A DNA stretch of 63,908 nt, filler included, from Craspedostauros australis (Eukaryota), in assembly GCA_030167865.1 (NCBI GenBank). It is 13 parts of 13 records of this genome, joined end to end, with 100 filler letters (N's around TTAATTAATTAA, not from the genome) between each part and the next. Parts side by side here need not be neighbours in the genome. Positions count along the whole stretch, not along the records: positions 19,675 to 30,914 come from JALAGF010005212.1; positions 31,015 to 37,617 come from JALAGF010005213.1; 11 more parts are not named here. The stretch is one strand, 5' to 3'. This document shows positions 24,242-34,500 of the stretch, in pieces. The first letter of the stretch is position 1. Every line of letters starts with the position of its first letter. Both the position numbers and the translations under genes were made by a program. The notes under the pieces were generated by a model. That model did not search any database, was not told the DNA's origin, and saw nothing but the letters and a program-made list of their open reading frames with translations.

Positions 24242-24830
24242 CAGCATGGACTTCTGAGTCTTGCTGCATGGCTGTGACTATGCTCCTTGTTGGTTCTCTT
24301 TTCTGTGTTGGATATGTTGTTGCTGTGGTTGTGGTTGTGGTTGTCAGAGGTGGATGTCGTGGTGTCCATGTTGTCAAGTGGACGGAGCTTGGCTCCAATC
24401 TTTGATTGAGAGATCTGATGGGGCTGGCCATCCACTTTGTTGCATTTGCAATGTGCAAACCACACATGTTGGTGTGTATCACAAACAGAGAAAGGCAAGG
24501 GGTGAGACGTGGGTGGAATGGCAATGTTGTACGCAAATGATGCTTGATCACATGGTGGTCAGAGAACAGAGGCTTCAGCACACACATCAACACAGAACCA
24601 CTTCAACCACATGTGCACTTACTGTGGAACAAGTTCCTTTTGACCAAACTTCGTTTGAAGTCACATAGAGTCCGAACATTTTTTTTGGAATCATACTTGC
24701 GTAGAAATGAATGGTGGAGATGCAGAGGTTCTGGCTCCCAGTTCCATTTTGTTGGGTCGTCAATTAGTGCCTTCATCAAGGCAGCCGCATCAGGCCCATC
24801 TTTGTAAAAGCGGACATCAGAGCCCACCAT
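23745..24830 (-). pseudogene. Fragmented unknown coding sequence abutting YR copy 2 tail-to-tail
   Basis: Protein-like pieces MVGSDVRFYKDGPDAAALMKALIDDPTKWNW..., an acidic linker, and RFQRFFNLPEEQRVTQFCKL...MIGVDFHMPAC...FLVPIYKPPEAF. No family recognised. Confidence 0.4.
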
Positions 24831-24879
24831 TGTTGTGTTGTTGTTGTGTGTGCGTTGGTGTGAGGTGTTGTGTGTTTGT

Positions 24880-25101
24880 TATCAACATCTAGATCGAAAT
24901 TAGGTACCCATCTCCCATGACTAAAACATGATTCACTATTTTTGATTCGACTCGATTTGAGAGTATAGTCGAGTGAGTCTTGATTACACGATTGAGATTC
25001 AGTCACTACAGTCATCGAACCTGACGTAGGCACTGGCATCATCGTATGACGCCAGAGGATCGGTCATTGTGATCCTCGGAATCAAGATTATATTTTAGTC
25101 A
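24880..25101 (+). repeat. LTR-like dispersed repeat; related copy at 30706-30830
   Basis: TCAACATCTAGATCGAAATTAGGTACCCATCTCCCATGACT versus TCAACATCTAGATTGAGATTAGGTAACATCACACATGACT; both also contain AGTATAGTC. Ends in CA, followed by a PBS-like TGGTATG at 25102. Confidence 0.5.
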
Positions 25102-26141
25102 TGGTATGCTGACTTGTCTAGCAAAGCCGAGTGCATCATTGAGCACGTGGCAACAACATTTAGGATCCAGAACAACATCGTCAGAGGTGATGCATGCACC
25201 TCGTCGACGTAGACGGATCAATCCATATGTGATCAAACAGAGATCAAGATTAGGCAAGACCAGGAGAGATGAAGAAAGACCCAAGGGCAAGAATAACACG
25301 AGATATCGTGTAAATCAACATGCCATCTTGGGCAATGTTTTAGGAAAGACTGCGAGAGAAACCACGAGGTAATCGAGCAGCACGTTAGCAACCGTGCAAT
25401 AGGCACCATCATTAGAAATAGGAGATCATCATCTCATAATTCAAACTCAATCATCAATTGACTACAACTAACTTAGAACAACAACAAACACCAAACATCT
25501 CCAACTTCACCTATCGGATTCATCCACCACCAACCACACACGTGAAGTACTCCCAAGAAGGGAGGAATCAAACTTCCCAACCGATCGTGGAGTTTCGCAC
25601 AAGACAGACATGTCATCTTGGTCCCCAACGAACGAATGCAGTCAACATACTGAACGAAAACATGGAGAATGTTGCAGCAGGTGTGACAGATTCATGTTGT
25701 GATGGAAGAATGTCTCCACGAACAGGCTGAACTCGACAACTTTAATGTCTGTTGGCAATCGGGTGTACAACTTTGTGGTGATATCCATTATTGCCGCACC
25801 TCCCAATCAAAGTATCACGATTGAATAGAATCAACTCATGTTGATCCCACTTGGACTACCTTGTTACCTGACCACTCCCACATATGCCACCCCTCATGTA
25901 TGGATGGCTGCAGTCCCATGACATGGCTGACTGCAGGGTGAGGAGGGGGGAAGGACTCGCACTGCCACAACAAGTGATACTCACATATCCCCCAGCCCAT
26001 GCACATGCTCCATGAAAACAATGTGGAATGCACATATACATTGATGGTAAGTACTGCTAGTTGGTTATGCATATAGTTGCCACTGGTTTCATTGCTTTCA
26101 TCACCTTGGAACACTGCAATGGTTTTCTCCAACTTCTCTTT

Positions 26142-28700
26142 TTACATCTTGAGAACCCAGATCTGTTGGAGAAGAGAAGTATATCCTTTCATGTGCTCCT
26201 GCATCACTGTGTTGGCTGTTTCAAGGCCAGTGCGCTTCTGCTCAAGCTTCTCTATCTTTCTGCGTTGCTTTCGTATGCTCTGTTGCATGTTCTCATTCAT
26301 TGTTGCAGCAACTGACATGGTTGCAATGTGTTGGGCATGAGGTGCAGCCCTGGTTGCCCTGTGTGGCCTCTTCAAAGGAGATGCAGAGTGTGAAATGATG
26401 GCAGATGGTTTTCCGCCATCATCTTCACTGTCAATGTCATGAATTTGGATCATCTTGGGGAGACATGAAGCAAAATGGGAAGAGTTGTTGTCATCACTCT
26501 CCACCTCAGATGAGGAAGGAATCAATGACTCACCAGAGCCACCAGTGGAATTCACAGGATCCATCCAGCCTTTGTCCCTGCAATCATCTCCTTCAGAGGA
26601 GGAGGACTTCATATCATCATGCTGTGGAGATTCAGGCTTCTGTGGTGGTCTCCTTGGAACATCAAGATATGTCTCTTCTTTTTCCTCCTCATCAGAAGGC
26701 TCATAGTTGGGGCCTCCTCCCATGACCCAAACTGGTTCTTCATCTTCCTCATCAGAAGGTTCATATATGGGTGCTGTGGCTTTGGCAACCTCCTCCTCTT
26801 CTTCTTCATCAGATGATTCATAGACTGGGGCAGTGACTTGATCTGCCACCTTGGCATCTGGTCCTACTTAATGGAAAGCTGTCTCATGCACATTCTGGCC
26901 ACTCTGCTTTGCTTGCTTTGTCATGGCCTCCTGGTTGTCAGTGAGCTTGGTTGCATTGTACTGTGTGGATGCCACCATGACAATACCCTCTGTACCAATT
27001 TGGAGCCTGTTCTTGAGTCCTTTGATGTAAAGCTTGATGTTGGTTGACTCCAAGGCATCAAACTTGGTCTTGGGTCTCTTGATGAACTGTCTCTTGTCTC
27101 CCTTGTTGAGCCTGGGCAAACTGAAGTACATCAGCATGTGTTCACTGGCCTCAAGCATGGCATATTCTGCCAACTTCATGAGCTTGTTGATGGTGAGCAC
27201 ACCAGTTGCCATCATGAACCTCAAGCACCTGCCAACACTTCTGAAATGATCTGTGCCCATGCCTGTCTTGATGGCCCTTCCAATTTCATAGGTGGAGTTG
27301 CCAAGGTAGTCACAGTCTCTCATTCTTTTTACCAGAGTCCACCAGATATGAGAAGGAACCTCCTTGCCTGTCATTCCCTCCATGGTGACCTTGGTGGGTG
27401 AGTCTGACTTGAGGCAATTGACCATTTCAACCAGTTCTTGTCTCATGTTTTCAGACAAGGTATTGGCTGTGACCAAGTGATATAGTCTGACCACAGGGAG
27501 CAGCTTGCCCTGCAACTCTGGATGAAGCTTCTCCACTGTCAGCAGGTCCACGGAATCATTTTCCCAACATACATATCAGCTCGATCTGACAAGCTTCTGA
27601 AGTATAGCCTCAGTGCATTGTTGTGGTGGTGTAGTCTCCAATGATCCTAGCATCAGCAGGTCCCACAGAGATTGCCTCACCCTTCAGCTTGGAATTGCAA
27701 ATGATATTGTTGATCTTTCCTTTTGCAGCCGAATGAGTAGAGAAGTATCTCTCAGGGTATCCTGCATAGTAGCAGAGAGCTCTGATGTTGTTGCAAATCT
27801 GTTCAGTCTGGACAATACCAAAGAAATAGCCAGGGTGGTTCCACTTCTGCAGTCTGTATGTTCTCAGATATCATCTCATGGCCACAGAGGCTTCAACACT
27901 CAGCACTGCCTCCCTTGGTGTCATGTCAGTCTCTGCCCCGTTTCTGTGACTTGAAGTAGATGACATCCTGTTTGGTGTCTTTGTTGTACATGAGCCACTT
28001 CATTGCTTTGTCAATGGCTGCCTTGTCCCTTGCTCCAGTTTCAAAGGGAATGAAGAGCAGAGCAATATCTCTGTATCCATTGGGTGTGGGAGGAGCAGCT
28101 TGTTGCAGCCTTCTGATGTCAGGGGGTGTGAGTGGCTCTGACCTCTGTACAGCCTGGGCTGGCCATATGTTGATTCTTTCTAGGTTGTGGTAGATAATGG
28201 AGAAGTTTGGGGAGCTGTGAGAGAGGACCTTGAGCCCTGCATCTGTATTGTTGATGGTGCACCAGTCTGGGAACCTCTTGGAGATTTCATTGTATGCCCT
28301 TCTGCATCCTTGGCCACAATGGTGTGGAGGCTGATGGTAGGGATTCTGTACAACACAGCCCATGTGATGTACAGAGCCAGGCAAGCTCCCATTTGATCTC
28401 CAGAGAGCAGTTACTCCCAGGTCTCATGTAGGTTTAAGTCCATGGTGTCTCTGTGTGGGCCTTTGTCTGGCCTGTCATATGGTAGGTTTTCACCTTCATG
28501 AGTGCCGTGAAGGAAGAAATTATCCACTAGCTTCTCCATTCTGTTCAACTCTTGTTTCTCTTTGGGTGTGGGGTGCATCTGTCGATTGTCCTTCACAGTG
28601 TTAAAAAGTTGACCATCCCATCAGTGCCTGGAAACCTTTCCTCTGCTGGCACATCAGGGGCATCTGCATTAGTTGAATTTGTTGGTTGTGTTGTGATGAA
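26142..28700 (-). pseudogene. Tyrosine recombinase family, copy 3, frameshifted, with a long C-terminal extension
   Basis: Motifs TPKEKQELNRMEKLVDNFF, GACLALYITWAVLYRIPTISLHTIVAKDA, GYRDIALLFIPFETGARD and RIIGDYTTT/NALRLYFRSL. These continue into LTVEKLHPELQGKL and about 220 further residues, then an acidic YExSDEE repeat region and a coiled coil. Confidence 0.85.
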
Positions 28701-29754
28701 TGATGGCTAGAGATGTGTTGGTTAGTTGCTACTGGCTATAGACAACTTGGCTGGTTTCAGGCTGGTAGAGAGGAAGTGAATGACTTGTGGATGACTTGTG
28801 GATGACTTGTGGATGGCTGGGGACATGGTGGATGGGTGGTGCTGGCTTGTGGATAGCTAGGGATGATCTGGATTGGTGGTGCTGGTGTGGCCTGTAGAAG
28901 GATGGACACTAGCTGGGTGGCCTGTTGGTAGTGGGACACAAGGTGGTCTGAAAAGTGAAATGGCGCGTGCTGGTCGATTGCTGTTGTTGTTGGTGTTGTT
29001 GTTCAGGACTGGGTCCCATGGGGAGTCAGTCACAGTTGTGTCCGCTCACAATTTGGGATCGATGCCTGTCACAAAAGCATTCCGACAGTGCCAGCTTTTT
29101 CAGGGCAACGAGCTCATGGAACTCATGGAACTCATGGGATTCTACACAATGAAGCACTAGATCTACCACATTCCTCCCCCCTTCCCTTGCTTGCCACAGA
29201 AATCCACTTTTGGACATCATTGCATCTCATATTCATGCTGATAAGTTTCATAGTTCACCAACTTGCACCATTGCTCCAATCACCAGCATACATACTGTGC
29301 TCTGACAGCCCAAGCACACATCCCACGAAGCGCGATCAAACACTCCCAAACGCACCAAAAACGCCAAGGAAACGAAGAAAATCAACTTCATCAAGACAAA
29401 AAATACAGCAATAATCACCAAAAACACGGCAACGAGCCCTCGTTCTCTGACCTACTGATCAGGCAGCAGGCAGCAGGCACCAGGCACCAGGCATCGAGCA
29501 TCAGTCGACAGGCTACAGGCAACAACATCAAGAACAAAAAACGGCAAAAATCGACGAAAAAAAAACACAGCAACAGCGAGCATCAACAACAAGTAAGTCG
29601 TCTCGAACAGAAACACTCTCTCAAACACAGCCCATCACAACACATTGCATCGCACCGTATCTCACTGTATCTCATTTTATCTCTTTGCATCTCTTTTCAT
29701 CTCATTGCATCTCAGTAGTAAAATATAGAGACGCACTGAAGAAAATTGAACAAA

Positions 29755-30293
29755 ATGAGTCAACCCCACCTGTCCCCACAGAAGCACTTGGAGTCGGAGG
29801 AGGCCACTGTCATTATCATTGACGGAGAAGATAGTTTGGGCATGGAGAAGACCTTGTCGGTGTCTGCGCCGAGGCTTGTTGCATCAAGCCGAAGCGCACC
29901 TACGACATGAGGGGCATCGAGTTTGGGATGCCCTTGGTGGATCGCCGTATGGCCAAGAAGGCAAGGTTCTCTCCACCAGAGAACCTTGAGGACAGCATTG
30001 ATTCGGATGAGGAGAGCTACTTCAGTGCACCATTTCATGAAAAAATCATGAATGCCACTGCAAGAAGCACCGGAACGGGTACATGCCTCAACTGCGGCAG
30101 TGTGGGTTCAACCAGAACCATCTGCAAGCACTGCATTCAGCTCCAAATGCCACCGGAATACATTAGGGTTAGTGAGGCATCCAAGATGATGGACCTGGCC
30201 CCATTTGAATCTCAATATGCCAAGGCATCCGTTCTTGATGACCCAATCGGATACTTTTCCGACAGCTCAGAAATGACCAGTGAGAGCATTTGA
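29755..30293 (+). CDS. Small hypothetical protein with CxxC-x9-CxxC (possible Zn ribbon); 5' part possibly frameshifted
   Basis: GTCLNCGSVGSTRTICKHC lies in ORF 29907-30293. An upstream ATG at 29755 follows a pyrimidine-rich intron-like tract. Confidence 0.35.
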
Positions 30294-30830
30294 GAATAAC
30301 ACTAGAGCCCCCACAATATGTCTGAAGACTTGCTGTTGTTTGCTGTTGGTAGAGTCTTGATTGCAGGCTGTCCAGATGTGTTTTCTTCTGTGCACAAGTC
30401 ATCAGTTGAGAGGAAAATTGATCAGTGAAGAAACCTGCGGATTGTGAGCATCGACGCTCTGATTCTTGTTGGTGTGGTACTTTGTGTTGGTTGCCCTCGA
30501 AAAGGGGTCTTAGGGATGCATACCTCCAGTACCATGGGATCCTCCCTTTGTCAAGCTGGGAGCCAGACAAAGCTTTACTGATGTGTGCAGCCGCATGGTG
30601 CTGTTCTCTTGGTGAGAGACCAGGAGTATTGGCAGGAAGGAGTTCCAATGAACAGGTCATTGGAACCCGTTTTCTCTGGATCTCTTGTTATGCCCGATCC
30701 AAATGTGTCAACATCTAGATTGAGATTAGGTAACATCACACATGACTGCAGCATGTTTCAATCTGATTGATAGTATAGTCAGTCAAGTCCTGATGATGCA
30801 ATGATGCCTTGATACAACTGTCATCCCAAA

Positions 30831-30914
30831 TGCCATCAGTGGGTGCCATCAGTGGGTGCCATCAGTGGGTGCCATCAGTGGGTGCCATCAGTGGGTGCCA
30901 TCAGTGGGTGCCAT
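30831..30914 (+). repeat. 13-bp tandem repeat (TGCCATCAGTGGG) x6.5, running into a gap
   Basis: Perfect head-to-tail units with no spacers. Confidence 0.95.
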
Positions 30915-31526
30915 NNNNNNNNNNNNNNNNNNNNNNNNNNNNNNNNNNNNNNNNNNNNTTAATTAATTAANNNNNNNNNNNNNNNNNNNNNNNNNNNNNN
31001 NNNNNNNNNNNNNNTGGATACAGAAGGTGAACTTCAAATGGCGAGTACTCATGGAGTAGGAGCCAGTACTGAATGAACGGAGTGTTGAATGCGGAGTACG
31101 TATCGAACACGGAGTATCGTGCGCGACGAGTACACGATGTTGAGAGAGAGAGAATACAGAGAAGAGCGAGAGAGCATCTCGGGCACCGACTCATAGTCGG
31201 AGACCGAATCTACGAAACAGATTGAAGCGCTGAGAGCATCGGGCGAGAGGACGGCGTACACCGAGAGCATTGGAGTAGCCAACTAATGAAATAGCAAACA
31301 GAAGACTAACAGCCAACACCATCTTCCACGATCGTAGGTTACCGTGCGCGGAACTTGCCAACAGACCAGAAGGGCGCTGTTAAGCAACGGGAGAAGCCGC
31401 CACACTCGAGGACCATGTTGGTCTGGCATGCGATCTTGCCACCTACACGTGGAGGCCAACGTGCGCTGTTGATGCGAACCCAAAAGAAGTGACAAATTTC
31501 TCATTAGGGATATACTCCATTCGTAC

Positions 31527-34500
31527 AAATAAATAAATAACTCAATGATTAGTCTCTTAATCGACTGCGCCGACGGCGCTTTTCTCCGCCCCTTTGCAAC
31601 TGCCCGCCACGCGGGCAGAGGGCACGGAATCTGTGTTGTTGTGTTGAGTTTCGTTTGTATCATGTATGGTGGGAGAGAGGGGTTGGCCTGACTACGGCTT
31701 CCGGCTATTTCGGGCCTGGAGATTGATCCACTTGAGCAGCGCCCCGGAGGCCACTGCCGTGCGTAGCCGAGCCGCGGCTTGCTCTATCCACACGAGATGC
31801 GCCTCCACCGGAAGGTCGTCCGAGGGTCGGGTGGACAACTGGCGGTCGTATTGGCCAGGTGTACGCCGGAGCTGGTCCTCGAGCGAGGCTGTTCTGGCGC
31901 GTACTTCGGCTTCCATAGCGCCTTCTGCCGAGGTCTCGCTGTGGAACATATCCTCGTTTCTGGAGGACCATTGCTGCCAGGCGATATGCCATATGCGCCG
32001 TGTGACTTGCGCCGCCCATTTCAAAGCCGACTTCCTGGAGCCTTGTGCGTGCAAGAAAGCAGATTGCGCCTGCCTCCAGTGTGTGGCCAACATCCCGCGC
32101 AGCATAGACTGGGGGCCTGCAGACGACTGTTGCCGCACTGCTTCCGCCAGCTCTTCTCCCGCGTTAAATGGGACCAGGCAGTGGGTGCCTCGCATCTGGC
32201 TGAGTAGCATCTGCATCATCACGTGAACCATCGCAGGCTGAGTTGGGTATGCGAGCAGCCACTGTCTGAGCTTGGCCACCTGCCCGTCCGCGATCGATTT
32301 CCGTGTCGGCGACTGGCATGTCCAGAAGTGCATCGTCGTCTCCTCGCTGGTACAGCTGGGGCATTGGGCGGAGTTGCGATGTTTCCACTGCAACATTCGA
32401 CGCCCGACTGCTGCCTCACCTGTTACCAGCTTGAACGTCAACGTGCGCTTGTTCCGGTCTAACGTCGTCATGGCTCGCCCTACAGCTTCCCAGTCGACGT
32501 GCCGCGCTTCCACGACCACCTTGCGCCTGGTCAGGACCCGTATCACCGCATCCTGCGTGTGCTGGCTGGTGATGGAGGCGTATGACACGGCCGTGACCTT
32601 GGATTGCAAAAACACTGCGATGCGTTCGCCCTTGATAATCCCTGAGTACGGGCATTGCTGTCGGGTTTGCCGCTGGCATGCTCCGGCGAGGTGATCGGCT
32701 TCCACATTGAGTTTGGCCCACAGGTCTAGCCGGTTCCACGGGATACCTTCATCCTGGTGGCCTTTGACGTGCTGACCCCGAACCTGGATGCTGAGGCCCT
32801 GGCAACGGGCTCGCACCGCGCGTTGCAGGTCAGAGTCGGTCGTCGCCGGATTGAGGTACCACTCAAGATCGAGAGCATTCAGGGCGCCGGTGTTGTCGCA
32901 TGCAACGGTGACGCTGCCTGCGGTGATGTCGTACACCCGGCAAACGGCTTCCAGTACCACAAGAACGCTGTACAGCCCGGCGAGCTCGGCTCGGTGGGAC
33001 TGCATGGTTCCGTCGGTGGCTGGCGTCTGCCCCGCGATCCACAACTTCGATGTTCTGTGGCCGTCGGTAGCCGATATCACTGCCCCGGAGGCGCCGTTGC
33101 CGTGTGCCACTGATCCGTCGCTGCAAGCTTTCGCAGTGCCGTCCTGAATGGCTTTCGCGAAGACGTCTTCTTCTCCCATGACATCCCAATGCTGCACTGC
33201 CCACTTCTCGTTGTCTCCTAATTGTTGCAGAGCTTCCCGAAGATTCGCTGGCCGCTGAGATGCCGCTGGTGCAATGCCGTCAGCCGACTCCGTTACCACC
33301 AGTCTGCCTCGGCGCATATAACCATCCGCCAGCTGCCTGCCGACTATGGTCGTCGTCCCGGACAGCAAGTATTCCTGGGTCCGCCTGCGTCTTGGAACCC
33401 GGCTGTACTCCTCACCCGTTTGGACGCGTACCACTCTGTCTGACTCCGGGTCTTTCCGCAGTGCTGGGACTAGAGACGAGAACCGCAGCCAGCGCCCGAG
33501 GGCCGGTTGGATGTGGCTTACTCCTGGGCTGGACTCAGGGAAGCATTTCCTCAGCGCGTCTTTCCACATCCTCCATTTGGCCGCTCCCGGTGGCCCGACG
33601 GGCGGCCACTTGATGCTGGACTGCCGCATCGGTATAAGACCCGGCTTCCCCGCGTTGGGGTGCAGCTGTGTGCCTCCTACTCGCGCTATGTCAGAAACCC
33701 AGAAGACTTGCTTGGCGATTCTGCATTGATTGATGGCCTGCATTGTCTTGACGTTGAGACCCATTGCGTTGAAACGCTGCATGATGGGCGCATCTCCCTC
33801 CCGGGGAAGAGAAATCACAGGGTCCTCCATTACCATGGTCATGCCCAGATGATTGAGCTCCTGCCACACACTTTGGATCCACGTGCCAGTTGTGACATGG
33901 CGCCATTCGTTCCAATCCTCGTTGTAGAATTCAGGGATGCCGACTTGTAGCGCGACTTGTTCCATGGTGTTGCGGAGCAGCTTCCCGGTGAGAGTAGGCT
34001 GGCCCCAGTGCCGGATGATCATGTCGATGTGCCGTGCGATCTGAGAGTAGTAAAGATGCGGAACTCCCATCCCCATGGCTGCCGCCGGCCCGTGTACCAG
34101 GTCCCTGGCCACGTTACGCTGCACGCCTGCCGCCGGTAGGGCCGCCCTTAGTGCTGGTCGCATGATGCGCTCGGCTTCAGTTTTTGTGAAGGTGGAGCTG
34201 GCCAGAGGGTATTCGATGGTCTTCCATATGGTTGCCTGAAGTGCCACCCACGCCTGATGCCGCTGCAGTCGGCTTCGCCCGATCTTATCGGCCCACGCTT
34301 GCGACTTTTGAACGTAGAATTCGATGTTGCTTGCTTGAGCACCGTCGTGCCGGACCATTACTCCCAGCGCCCTTCGTGCTTGTTGGACATCCAGCCTGGA
34401 AAGTGTCGAACGCTCCTCCTGGTCAGGCTTGCGTATGCTGATGGATCCGGGGAACTTGGCAGCCGGTACATACTCCCATGCACTGTCTGACCAGTTGAAG

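Noticed and set aside
30831..30914. 13-bp repeat array as a CRISPR array or telomere
   Set aside because: There are no spacers and no cas genes, the context is eukaryotic, and the unit is not a TTAGGG-like telomeric repeat.
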